Assembly (NCBI GenBank): GCA_022840695.1
Contig: JALHDC010000001.1
Coordinates: 84,456 to 148,455, forward strand
Direction of reading: 5' to 3'
Length of the DNA stretch: 64,000 nucleotides
From: a bacterium
GTDB lineage: Bacteria > Patescibacteriota > Dojkabacteria > SC72
Of this stretch, positions 10,529-21,285 are shown one piece after another. Position 1 is the stretch's first letter; the number at the start of each line of letters is the position of its first letter. Made by a program: the position numbers and the translations under genes. A model generated the notes under the pieces. It saw nothing but the letters and a program-made list of their open reading frames with translations, did no database searches and was not told the DNA's origin.

Positions 10529-11223
10529 TATACAGGCTTACCTCTAAACATACACATTGCATTTATACTTATGCTATCCCCATAATGAAGTCTAATTTTT
10601 TTAGCTATAGCATTTAAAGTACTTCCTGTTGTTATTACATCATCTACGATAGTAATGCTTCGATATTTAGAAATATCTATCTCTTTCCTAATGTAAAAAC
10701 TATTAGTAGAAATCTCCCTCCTTTCTTCTTTATCCTTCAATGCCTGATGTTCCGATCCTCCACTTTTTCCAACCAAAGAATCCGAAAAATCTAAGTTAAA
10801 TTCGATAGATATCCTTTTTGCAAGATCATATGTTTGATTAAAACCTCTCTCTTTTAATCTGGATGAAGATATCGGCATATTAATAACCAAAGTGTCCTTT
10901 AGCATCTTCCAATATGAACTACTTCTGATACTTTCTGTAAAAAATTTACACAAAACCTCAGACATATCGTATGCATATCCATATTTATACTTTTTCAATA
11001 GATCGGAAGTTAAACTATTATATTCCCATGCTACAAATACAGAATCCATAGAGTATCTATCTCTGCACTCTTCATGTGTCCTATATCCATTAGAAAGCCT
11101 TCTGCACACATAACATTCAGGTAATTCTCTTTTGAAAAGCTTATGACATCGCCTACATAAATATTCTCCTTTCCTTTTGCAAATAACACAGCTTTTAGGA
11201 AATACAATATCTAAAAGATTCAT
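10495..11223 (-). CDS. comF: ComF family protein (double zinc-ribbon + phosphoribosyltransferase domain)
   Basis: CVICKRKGEYLCRRCH…CYVCRR zinc ribbons and PRTase motif ITIVDDVITTGSTL. Its 3' end overlaps the convergent upstream gene by 34 nt. Confidence 0.7.
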   Translation of the reverse strand: MNLLDIVFPKSCVICKRKGEYLCRRCHKLFKRELPECYVCRRLSNGYRTHEECRDRYSMDSVFVAWEYNSLTSDLLKKYKYGYAYDMSEVLCKFFTESIRSSSYWKMLKDTLVINMPISSSRLKERGFNQTYDLAKRISIEFNLDFSDSLVGKSGGSEHQALKDKEERREISTNSFYIRKEIDISKYRSITIVDDVITTGSTLNAIAKKIRLHYGDSISINAMCMFRGKPVYYSSDSEVSSC

Positions 11224-11260
11224 AATATATTATCTCTATAGATTATTAAATTTCGATTAA

Positions 11261-11289
11261 TTGATAAAAATCTCAGTTTAAATTATGAT
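11261..11289 (+). promoter_or_regulatory. Candidate sigma70 promoter of murJ (TTGATA-N17-TATGAT)
   Basis: Hexamers seen directly in the divergent comF/murJ intergenic region, about 30 nt upstream of the murJ ATG. Confidence 0.4.
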
Positions 11290-11319
11290 ATTATTCGCAT
11301 AACTACATATAACTAAAGC

Positions 11320-13107
11320 ATGCTAAAAATTCTAAAACAAAAAAATAGTGTCTTTTTTGTAATGTTGCTCCTTCTTGTTACGAAAGTTTTAGGATTTCTC
11401 AAATTAAGAACAATAGCTCAGCTTTTTGGTGCTACTCATGAATTAGATATCTTCTGGGCAGCATTTACAATTCCAGATATGCTTTTTATGATCCTTGTAG
11501 CTGGTTCTATTAATGCCGCAGTAATACCAATATTCTCAGACATTTTACATAAAGAAGGAAGAGAAAGATTAAACAAGTTTTTCAATTACCTAACCTTAAT
11601 AATAGGGGTATTCTGTGTCTTCATCGCAGTTCTTTTCTTCATTTTTACTCCCCAGATTACTACATTGCTCATAGAATCAGATATTTCAAGAAATATGCTA
11701 GATATTGCCCAGAGGATAGATAATAGTGACTATGAAATGTTTGTCTTGCTCACCAGAATTATGTTAATTTCCCCCGTACTTCTTGGTATTAGCAGTTTAA
11801 TAACAGGATACTTACAGGTAAGGAAACAGTTCTTTGTTACTTCCCTAGCACCACTCTTCTATAACTTGGCAATGATGGCTGGATCTTGGATATTAGTAGC
11901 ATTTTTTAAGATGGGAGTAGAGGGCATTGCTATATCTGCTGTAATTGGATCTCTTTTGCATTTCTTAATACAGCTTCCTAAACTCAAAGAGTATTACGAT
12001 ACTAAGTTTAAGATTGATATTAGAACCTTCTTAGAAGGTCTAAAGAATACACAAACAAAATTGGCTCTAAAATTAGCTATTCCTAGAACCATAGGGATAT
12101 TTGGAGAACAAATAAATGTAGTAGTGAATACATTAATTAGTTTTTCTCTTGCTTCTGGAGCTCTTAGTGCTTATAAATTTGCCTTAAGTTTACATACTTT
12201 CCCTATAAATATAATAGGAAGTGCTGTTGCCCAAGTAGCTCTGCCAGATTTGGCAGAAAATTGTGATCAGGAAGCAGAATTCCGTAAAGTACTAAATAGA
12301 TCCATACAAATCTCACTCTTTCTAATACTTCCTGTTGTGGCAATATTGATAGTTCTAAGACTACCACTTGTAAGATTGGCATACGGTACAGGTGCTTTTG
12401 ACTGGAGAGCTACAATAATTACTGCTTGGTGCCTTGTATTACTAAGTTTTTCTGTTTTAGGTCAAACTGTTGTTCAAATACTCCTGAGAGCTTTCTATGC
12501 TCTTAAGGAAACATGGCTACCATTAATTGCAATAACTGTTGGAATTCTTGTTAATATTGTATTCGCAATACTGTTAACAAATTTCTTTAGTCACTACTAC
12601 GACTGGAGGCCAATTGTAGAACAGATGTTTCTACAAATAACGGAAGCAAATGGATCTGAATTCTTTAATGTTTTTTCATCTTTCTTAAGGGATACTGTAA
12701 GGTGGTCCACTCAGAGGGGAGATTCTGACCTAGCTGTCGGTGGACTATCCCTAAGTTTAAGTATTTCATATATTGTAGATATGATTCTTCTTTCCATTTT
12801 GCTAAATGGAAAGAGAAAAATCATCACTTGGAAGGAAAGTATATATCCAACTATTAAGAAACTATTAAATACAGCACTCATGTGTATAGGGATGTATTTT
12901 GTATTTAAACTCTTTGATTTCCAACTAGATACTACAAGGACGGTTTCAATAGTTATTTTAACAGTCATAACTACTCTGTATGGAACAATCTCATACTGGC
13001 TAGGATCAAAGGTTTTCAATATTAAAGAGATATCAATCATAGATGATTTTTTAATAGACTTGAAAGGTAATTTGTTTAAGAAAAAGCATGTAGATGAAAC
13101 TATTTAG
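11320..13107 (+). CDS. murJ: Lipid II flippase MurJ (MviN)
   Basis: N-terminal LGFLKLRTIAQLFGATHELDIFWAAFTIPDMLF matches the MurJ/MviN signature. Polytopic, 595 aa. Confidence 0.8.
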   Translation: MLKILKQKNSVFFVMLLLLVTKVLGFLKLRTIAQLFGATHELDIFWAAFTIPDMLFMILVAGSINAAVIPIFSDILHKEGRERLNKFFNYLTLIIGVFCVFIAVLFFIFTPQITTLLIESDISRNMLDIAQRIDNSDYEMFVLLTRIMLISPVLLGISSLITGYLQVRKQFFVTSLAPLFYNLAMMAGSWILVAFFKMGVEGIAISAVIGSLLHFLIQLPKLKEYYDTKFKIDIRTFLEGLKNTQTKLALKLAIPRTIGIFGEQINVVVNTLISFSLASGALSAYKFALSLHTFPINIIGSAVAQVALPDLAENCDQEAEFRKVLNRSIQISLFLILPVVAILIVLRLPLVRLAYGTGAFDWRATIITAWCLVLLSFSVLGQTVVQILLRAFYALKETWLPLIAITVGILVNIVFAILLTNFFSHYYDWRPIVEQMFLQITEANGSEFFNVFSSFLRDTVRWSTQRGDSDLAVGGLSLSLSISYIVDMILLSILLNGKRKIITWKESIYPTIKKLLNTALMCIGMYFVFKLFDFQLDTTRTVSIVILTVITTLYGTISYWLGSKVFNIKEISIIDDFLIDLKGNLFKKKHVDETI

Positions 13108-13684
13108 AAAGATCTTTCTCTTCTTCCTAATATCTCTCCTTCTATTCTCCATATTCCTAATTATGAAATACATAAGGTGGGAGAAAGAATTTGTATTACA
13201 AAATAGCTCCTTGATATGTTCGGATAATATTAATTATGAAGAAATTGACATAGAGAGCAAGATTGAAAAATTCATAATCTCTGATAGTAAATCCGAATTT
13301 GTGGTATTTACTCAAGAGGAAGTGTTGTATATTCTGAAGGAAAATCTGAAAACTCCAACTAATGTAACTCTTAATAATATTTGCATAGATCCTCAATTAG
13401 GTATATGGGGAATATATTTGAAATATAGTTTGGGAAATCTGAAAATACCTTGGATCTCTTTAGATTTAATTAAAGATCAAAGGGAAACAGCAGAAATATA
13501 TATGAAGAAAATAACCATAGGTAATATGAATATCCCAACATCTCTTTCAAAAAGTACAATTTCCAATATAAATAGAGGAATTAGTGATGCCATTATACTT
13601 GTAAATGAAAATCAGTTTCTAGGAAGAGAAATAAGGAATATTGAACTATTGGAAGATATAGTTGTAATAAAGGGAAATCTATAA
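13094..13684 (+). CDS. Hypothetical membrane-anchored protein
   Basis: N-terminal TM helix (IFLFFLISLLLFSIFLIM). No recognisable domain. Overlaps the murJ stop by 14 nt. Confidence 0.5.
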   Translation: MKLFRKIFLFFLISLLLFSIFLIMKYIRWEKEFVLQNSSLICSDNINYEEIDIESKIEKFIISDSKSEFVVFTQEEVLYILKENLKTPTNVTLNNICIDPQLGIWGIYLKYSLGNLKIPWISLDLIKDQRETAEIYMKKITIGNMNIPTSLSKSTISNINRGISDAIILVNENQFLGREIRNIELLEDIVVIKGNL

Positions 13685-13694
13685 GTAATAATTC

Positions 13695-13724
13695 TTGCCT
13701 AATTCCTAACCATTATGATACAAT
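13695..13724 (+). promoter_or_regulatory. Candidate promoter of groES-groEL (TTGCCT-N18-TACAAT)
   Basis: Hexamers seen directly. The -10 ends 3 nt before the CIRCE-like element. Confidence 0.4.
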
Positions 13725-13727
13725 TCT

Positions 13728-13754
13728 CTAGCAATCAATAAATTAATCTGCTAA
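13728..13754 (+). promoter_or_regulatory. CIRCE-like element upstream of groES (CTAGCA-N15-TGCTAA)
   Basis: CTAGCAATCaataaattaATCTGCTAA. Same 6-15-6 architecture as the hrcA site, 6 nt upstream of the groES ATG. Confidence 0.6.
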
Positions 13755-13760
13755 ATAGCT

Positions 13761-14060
13761 ATGTCAAAAAACATAAAAATACAACCATTAGGTAAAAGAG
13801 TTCTGATTAAACCTGATGAAGTAGAGGAAGTTACATCAGGAGGTTTGGTTCTTCCACCAAGTGCTAGCGAAGATAGAAAACCTGAAACAGGTGTGATTCT
13901 TAAACTTGGACAAGGTAAGGAGAAAGGAAAAGATATCTCTTTTGAAGTTGAAGTTGGAGACAGGGTGTATTTTAAAAAATATTCTGCTGATGAATTTGAA
14001 TTAGATAATGAAAAATATTTTCTCTTAGATACTGCCGATATACTTGCAATTATTAAATAA
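13761..14060 (+). CDS. groES: Co-chaperonin GroES
   Basis: IQPLGKRVLIKPDEVEEVTSGGLVLP matches the GroES signature. 99 aa. Confidence 0.95.
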   Translation: MSKNIKIQPLGKRVLIKPDEVEEVTSGGLVLPPSASEDRKPETGVILKLGQGKEKGKDISFEVEVGDRVYFKKYSADEFELDNEKYFLLDTADILAIIK

Positions 14061-14064
14061 TTAA

Positions 14065-15711
<1,647 letters not shown>

Positions 15712-15736
15712 TACAGCTCTGTTAGATATTTAGAAA

Positions 15737-15764
15737 GGGGAGAGATATTCTCCCCTTTTTATTT
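15737..15764. terminator. Bidirectional intrinsic terminator between groEL (+) and the XRE-S24 gene (-)
   Basis: GGGGAGA-gatat-TCTCCCC hairpin followed by TTTTTATTT and preceded by an A-run, so it is usable on both strands. Confidence 0.75.
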
Positions 15765-16310
15765 CTATGCAAGAATTATCTCCTGAGCTAAAACTTTGCC
15801 TATTACATTTTCGCTATCACCCTGTCTATACTTCGTAACAGTAATTCCATCATTTTCCTTAATCAAAACCATATCATCATTCTTAACCTCACTTTTAGGA
15901 GAAATATACAAATACCCATCTTTTTTTAAATCTTCTAAACTTGAATCTACCAATTTCATATCTATAACAAAAGATTCATCATCAATACTCAAAATCCAAT
16001 CTGGGGCAACATAATATATATATGACTTTGTATTCTTAAAATCAAAATCCTTAGGCAGGAAATCGAACAAAGGAATTCTATTGAAACTAAACGAAGCAGT
16101 ATTCTTTGTAGAATCCTTTAAAAGATCTCCTACCTCTACATTTAAAACAGAAGCAATATTTTCAATCTGTTTCAATGGTGAACTAACTCCTCGCTCATAT
16201 CTTGATACCATTTCCCAAGTCTTACCTATTCTGTCAGCTAATTCTCTCTGTGTAATGTTCTTCCTTTCTCTGTATATTCGAATATTTTCTCCTATATAAT
16301 TTTTATTCAT
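15765..16310 (-). CDS. XRE-family HTH + peptidase S24 (LexA/phage cI-like) self-cleaving repressor
   Basis: N-terminal HTH (NITQRELADRIGKTWEMVSRYERG). C-terminal S24-like region with candidate Ser (VDSSLED) and Lys (ITVTKY), spaced as in LexA/cI. Confidence 0.7.
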   Translation of the reverse strand: MNKNYIGENIRIYRERKNITQRELADRIGKTWEMVSRYERGVSSPLKQIENIASVLNVEVGDLLKDSTKNTASFSFNRIPLFDFLPKDFDFKNTKSYIYYVAPDWILSIDDESFVIDMKLVDSSLEDLKKDGYLYISPKSEVKNDDMVLIKENDGITVTKYRQGDSENVIGKVLAQEIILA

Positions 16311-16545
16311 ATATATAGATTCTATTTACATATACAAAAGTATGGAATAGAACATTATTCTATAAATAAGGAATGTAAAGTCCTGTTTGTAATAAAAATG
16401 AAAGGAAAATGATCTACTATTTAAATATATGGAAAATATTTCTAAAGAATTCTTAAAAAAGTATTCAAAAATAGCTACACTGGAAAGTATTAGTATAAAA
16501 GAAATGAGGAGACTTCTAAAAGATATAAAAAGATTAAAGAATTTA

Positions 16546-17004
16546 CTAAGAAGAAATAATGTCTAACCAATTTTCTTTTAACCACTTATCAGCCTTAATC
16601 TGATCTTCAAGCAATCCTCTCAAAGCCAACTCTTTTTTAATTATGCTACCTTGGTGTGGTTTCTGAAATCTTTTTTCCAAGGGAGAATTGAAACCATGTG
16701 CATAATGACATAATTCGTGAGCCACTGTTGCTCTTACAATGAATTCGGGAATTGATTCATTCTTAAAATACCCGGTTACCGTTATTACTGTAATACTTTT
16801 GTCATCTTGTGACCTATATTCATCGTCTTTCTTTCTTAGCAATCCTTTTATTTTAGTATTTCTATTTGCCAATTTTATACTTCCAAGTTGTCTTTTTGAA
16901 TATTTCCCATACTTTATTAAAACAAAATTTTTTCTAGGAATATCACAAAAATGATTCTCCCAAAGGTCATACAGTATATTTTCTAAAAATTCATTATTTC
17001 TCAT
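16546..17004 (-). CDS. HExxH zinc-metallopeptidase-like protein (ImmA/IrrE- or SprT/YgjP-like)
   Basis: Motif ATVAHELCHYAHG (HExxH) in a 152-aa protein, directly upstream on the same strand as the XRE-S24 repressor. Confidence 0.5.
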   Translation of the reverse strand: MRNNEFLENILYDLWENHFCDIPRKNFVLIKYGKYSKRQLGSIKLANRNTKIKGLLRKKDDEYRSQDDKSITVITVTGYFKNESIPEFIVRATVAHELCHYAHGFNSPLEKRFQKPHQGSIIKKELALRGLLEDQIKADKWLKENWLDIISS

Positions 17005-17007
17005 TCT

Positions 17008-18855
17008 ATGTATTTCTATTGCATGCTATTATATAAAATGGTCTTGGCAAAATTAAAACAGAAGATATCAACCCTAACAAAACTTCTTAAATTTATCTAT
17101 CTGAATTATACAGCTCCTGCGATACTAAGGGATATACTTTTTGTTTGTTCAACGGCTGCGGAAATATATGGAATTACAATATTGGGAAGATTCATAGATG
17201 AAACTACTCAAATATTATTGAATTGGAAGGATTTCGATCTAGAAAGATATTTTAGAACAGAGTCTTTTTTCTATCTCTCAATAATATTAATTCTTTGGTT
17301 AATTACAAAAATCTGTACTCAGCTTAGAGAGTTCCTCTACCATGTAATCTATGAGAACTCTTGGGAAGATGCCAGATACCTACTATTATCAAAAGTATCC
17401 TCTTCGAACTTGGAGGATGTTGAGAAAGAAGAGTATCAGGATATGCTAACATTCATACCAGCATTTTCTTTGGCAAGAATAATGGCAACATATGAGAACT
17501 TTACCTCAGTATTAAGCAATATTATTAGATCTATAACAGCTGGAATTATACTTTTTGGAACGATGGGATGGAGTGCAATAGTTCTTGTCCTACTCGTCCT
17601 TCCTGAAACAATAGCTACTCATAATCGAAGAAAAGATATTAGAAAATATCAGGATCAAGAGACTGGGAAATTAAAATTCTTAAACTATATTGATAACTTA
17701 GGTTTAACAATATCAAGCTTTACTGAACTAAGGGTAAATAATGTATATTCATATCTCAAAAGAAGGTATGTTGAGGAGTACGATGAGTATCTTGCTGGCT
17801 ATTTAAAAACACAATTTAATTTCTCCCAAGACAGTATTCTTTTTTCAATAATTGGTCAGGTGCTTAAATTCACCTATGTTATATATGCACTCTTTAGATC
17901 CATATCAAAAAGACTCTCATTTGGTCAATTTAAAGCAATATACGACTATATTGATGTTGTATATTCTTCAACCTTTAATATACTAAATTCTCTTTCCTTG
18001 ATGTCTAATAACCTGGCATATTTAGATGAGTTCTTTAGCTTAATAGAGTATGAGGGATTTGGAGACTATTCTCATGGTGATATAAATCTTCCCAAAGGTA
18101 CACCTAAGATAGAAATGAAAAATCTATATTTTGAATATCCAGATGATCCAACAACTAAGGTTTTGGAAAATATCAATATTGAAATTAAACCTGGAGAAAA
18201 AATTGCATTCTTTGGTGGGGATGGCTCAGGAAAGAGTACGATGGTTAAGATATTAACAGGACTATATCGTGTAAACAAGGGAGAATATTTAATTGATGGT
18301 TGTAATATAAAAGATTTAGATAGAGGTGTATTAAAAAAGAAATTTGCAGTAACTTTTCAGGATTTCATAAACTACAATTTTAGTCTTAAAGAAAATGTTG
18401 TCATATCTGGACAAAGAAAAAGTGTGGATATGAAACTGTATGATAAAGTGGTGAAGATATCAAAGGTTAAAGATTTTCAAAAGAGTGATAAGGTAGATGA
18501 TGCTTCAATACTAGGAAAGATATTTCCATCTGGAAGAGATCTCTCTCCTGGATATTGGCAAAGATTAGCAATTGCAAGAATGTTGTATAGAAATAAGAAT
18601 ATATTTTTAATGGATGAACCTTTTACATATATTGATGATATGTCTGCAAGAAACATTCTTTCAGATATATTTGATTTCCTAGGTAAGAACAAATCATTAA
18701 TATATATTACTAGGAGTTTAAATAATTTAGATGTCTTTGACAGAATATACTATTTTGAAAAAGGAAAGATTATTGAAATGGGATCTTGGAAAGAATTAAT
18801 GAAAAGCAAGGGGAAATTGTATGAAGATGCTAAATCAGTAACACACCCCTCTTAA
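17008..18855 (+). CDS. ABC transporter, fused permease/ATP-binding protein (exporter type)
   Basis: N-terminal TM domain. Walker A GGDGSGKST, signature-like LSPGYWQRLAIAR, Walker B FLMDEP. Confidence 0.75.
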   Translation: MYFYCMLLYKMVLAKLKQKISTLTKLLKFIYLNYTAPAILRDILFVCSTAAEIYGITILGRFIDETTQILLNWKDFDLERYFRTESFFYLSIILILWLITKICTQLREFLYHVIYENSWEDARYLLLSKVSSSNLEDVEKEEYQDMLTFIPAFSLARIMATYENFTSVLSNIIRSITAGIILFGTMGWSAIVLVLLVLPETIATHNRRKDIRKYQDQETGKLKFLNYIDNLGLTISSFTELRVNNVYSYLKRRYVEEYDEYLAGYLKTQFNFSQDSILFSIIGQVLKFTYVIYALFRSISKRLSFGQFKAIYDYIDVVYSSTFNILNSLSLMSNNLAYLDEFFSLIEYEGFGDYSHGDINLPKGTPKIEMKNLYFEYPDDPTTKVLENINIEIKPGEKIAFFGGDGSGKSTMVKILTGLYRVNKGEYLIDGCNIKDLDRGVLKKKFAVTFQDFINYNFSLKENVVISGQRKSVDMKLYDKVVKISKVKDFQKSDKVDDASILGKIFPSGRDLSPGYWQRLAIARMLYRNKNIFLMDEPFTYIDDMSARNILSDIFDFLGKNKSLIYITRSLNNLDVFDRIYYFEKGKIIEMGSWKELMKSKGKLYEDAKSVTHPS

Positions 18856-18886
18856 AAAATTCAAATATCCTGTAAAATACATAGTT

Positions 18887-19738
18887 ATGGAACTATTAGA
18901 TGGAAAAATTTCTTCTCAAAAGATATTGGATGAAATATCTTCAGAGGTAGAGGATATTAGAAAAAATGGAAAACGAATTCCTAGATTGGATATGATACTG
19001 GTTGGGAATGATTTTGGTAGCATAAAATATGTTGGGATAAAGGAGAAGGTTGCTAATGAGGTCGGTATGATAGGAAAAGTCCATCATTTAGATTTTGAAA
19101 CTAATACAGCGGAACTGATTAATCTTGTAGATACTTTAAATAAGTATGATGATGTAGATGGATTCATGATTCAACTTCCTCTGCCAGAACATATAAATAC
19201 TAATTTAGTACTAGAGAGTATTGATCCTAGGAAGGATGTTGATGGTCTTACAGCTATTAATTTGGGGAAACTATTTCAAAAGGATAGATCAGCAATTCCT
19301 CCAGCGACACCATTAGGTATTATGAGATTGCTCGGGGAATATAATATAAAGATATTTGGTAAACATGTTGTTATTTTAGGTTCTAGTAATATAGTAGGGA
19401 TACCATTAGCAGCAATGATGTTAGAAAAGAATGCCACTGTAACTGTATGTAATTCTCATACTGTTGATATCCAGGGGGTATCAAAAACAGCAGATATTCT
19501 TGTTTGTGCAACAGGAAAACCACTATTAGTTAATTCCTCATTCATTAAGAAGGATGTTGTCATTGTGGATGTAGGATCTAATAAGCATCCAGAAACAGGA
19601 AAACTAGTTGGTGATGTAGATTGGGAGGATGTTAAAGGTATCCCTTCATATATAACACCGGTTCCAGGGGGAGTTGGTCCTATGACAATATCAAGTTTGA
19701 TGTTGAATCTAATGAACTGTTATAAAAAAAGTATATAG
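18887..19738 (+). CDS. folD: Bifunctional methylenetetrahydrofolate dehydrogenase/cyclohydrolase FolD
   Basis: LDGKISSQKI…, GKHVVILGSSNIVGIPLAAMML and PVPGGVGPMT are FolD-typical. Confidence 0.9.
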   Translation: MELLDGKISSQKILDEISSEVEDIRKNGKRIPRLDMILVGNDFGSIKYVGIKEKVANEVGMIGKVHHLDFETNTAELINLVDTLNKYDDVDGFMIQLPLPEHINTNLVLESIDPRKDVDGLTAINLGKLFQKDRSAIPPATPLGIMRLLGEYNIKIFGKHVVILGSSNIVGIPLAAMMLEKNATVTVCNSHTVDIQGVSKTADILVCATGKPLLVNSSFIKKDVVIVDVGSNKHPETGKLVGDVDWEDVKGIPSYITPVPGGVGPMTISSLMLNLMNCYKKSI

Positions 19739-19791
19739 AGGGATATTGGCTATGGTAGTAAAATGCTATATAATGTTCAATACATTCTGAT

Positions 19792-19841
19792 GAGAGGACT
19801 ACCAAAAGCTGTATATGCTGCGGAAATGCCTCTCTTTTTAT
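19792..19841 (+). terminator. Weak candidate terminator after folD
   Basis: GAGAGG…CCTCTC stem (31-nt loop) followed by TTTTTATT. The long loop lowers confidence. Confidence 0.3.
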
Positions 19842-19999
19842 TCTCGTTCAATATCATTTCGATGTAAATTTATATCAACTATTTTATTTGCATATTTTTT
19901 TAATAATCTAGAGTAGTTGTTGATGTCTGGTACTATAAAGATATATGCATAATTTTTCTTAGGCATATATAAATTCTAACAATGAAGAATTAATTATAT

Positions 20000-21274
20000 A
20001 TGAAATATTTATTTACCTCCCCATATCCTGTAAAATACAAAGGAATGTTAAAAGATAAAGGTATTCAAAAATTCATACAACAAGAAGCAAAAAGACAAGT
20101 AGAAGGTATTGAATTAATAGCTTCTGAGAACTATGTATCCGAAGATGTCCTCGAATGCATGGGCTCTATACTAACTAATAAATACTCTGAAGGATATGCA
20201 GGTAAAAGATACTACAAGGGGAATGAATATATTGATAATATTGAACAAGAGGCAATAAATAGGGCAAAATCTCTTTTTAAAGCAGAACATGTTAATGTTC
20301 AACCATATTCAGGATCTCCAGCTAACTTAGCTGTACATTTTGCACTCCTAGAACCAGGAGATAGAACTCTTGGTATGTCCTTAGATTCTGGAGGACATCT
20401 AACACACGGTTTTAAAGTATCAATATCTGGTAAATATTATGATTCTAGAAGTTATGGAGTTAATGAAGATGGATACATTGACTATGATGAAGTTCTCAAG
20501 ATTACTAAAGAGCACAAGCCTAAACTCATATGGGCAGGTTTTTCTGCATATTCTCGAATAATTGACTGGAATGAATTTAGAAAAATTGCAGATGAAGTTG
20601 GTGCATACCTGGTTGTAGATATCGCACATGTAGCAGGATTAGTAGCTTCCGGAGTATATCCATCTCCAGTAGGTATTGCTGATGTAGTTACCACTACAAC
20701 ACATAAAACCCTCAGAGGCCCTAGAGGAGCCATGATTATGTGTAAAGAAGAGTTAGGTGAAAAGATAGACAAAGCAGTATTTCCTGGCCTTCAGGGAGGC
20801 CCACACAACCACATAACAGCAGGTATAGCAGTTGCATTACAAGAGGCTAGTACCGAAGAATTTAAATCATATTCAAAGCAGGTAGTACAAAATGCAAAAA
20901 CTCTCTCGGAAGAACTTTCACAAAGAGGTTACAAGATAGTTTCTGGTGGTACAGACAACCACCTATTTCTTGTTGATGTAGTTTCTTCAGTAAATATTGC
21001 AGGCGAAGAAGCTTCAACTATATTGGAAAAAGCAAATATTACACTAAACAAAAATGCAATACCTAATGACCAAAGAAAACCTTGGGATCCATCTGGAGTG
21101 AGAATAGGGACACCAGCAATAACTACAAGAGGAATGAAAGAAAAGGAAATGATTAAAATAGCTGAATATATAGATACTGTATTGAGGAACAAAGATGATT
21201 TAAATCTAATAGGGAAGGTAAGAGAAGATATTAAAAAGTTCACATCTAAGTTCCCAATCCCAGGAATAAATTAA
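20000..21274 (+). CDS. glyA: Serine hydroxymethyltransferase GlyA
   Basis: IELIASENYVS and the PLP-Lys region TTTTHKTLRGPRG. Alternative start at Met16 (20045) is possible. Confidence 0.95.
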   Translation: MKYLFTSPYPVKYKGMLKDKGIQKFIQQEAKRQVEGIELIASENYVSEDVLECMGSILTNKYSEGYAGKRYYKGNEYIDNIEQEAINRAKSLFKAEHVNVQPYSGSPANLAVHFALLEPGDRTLGMSLDSGGHLTHGFKVSISGKYYDSRSYGVNEDGYIDYDEVLKITKEHKPKLIWAGFSAYSRIIDWNEFRKIADEVGAYLVVDIAHVAGLVASGVYPSPVGIADVVTTTTHKTLRGPRGAMIMCKEELGEKIDKAVFPGLQGGPHNHITAGIAVALQEASTEEFKSYSKQVVQNAKTLSEELSQRGYKIVSGGTDNHLFLVDVVSSVNIAGEEASTILEKANITLNKNAIPNDQRKPWDPSGVRIGTPAITTRGMKEKEMIKIAEYIDTVLRNKDDLNLIGKVREDIKKFTSKFPIPGIN

Positions 21275-21285
21275 CATACTCTGTT

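Noticed and set aside
19739-19999. Possible ZTP or THF riboswitch upstream of glyA
   Set aside because: The genomic context (folD/glyA) is right. However no conserved pfl/ZTP core motifs (GGGUCGUGA…CCGGGC) or THF-riboswitch motifs were seen. Only a hairpin and an inverted repeat are present.
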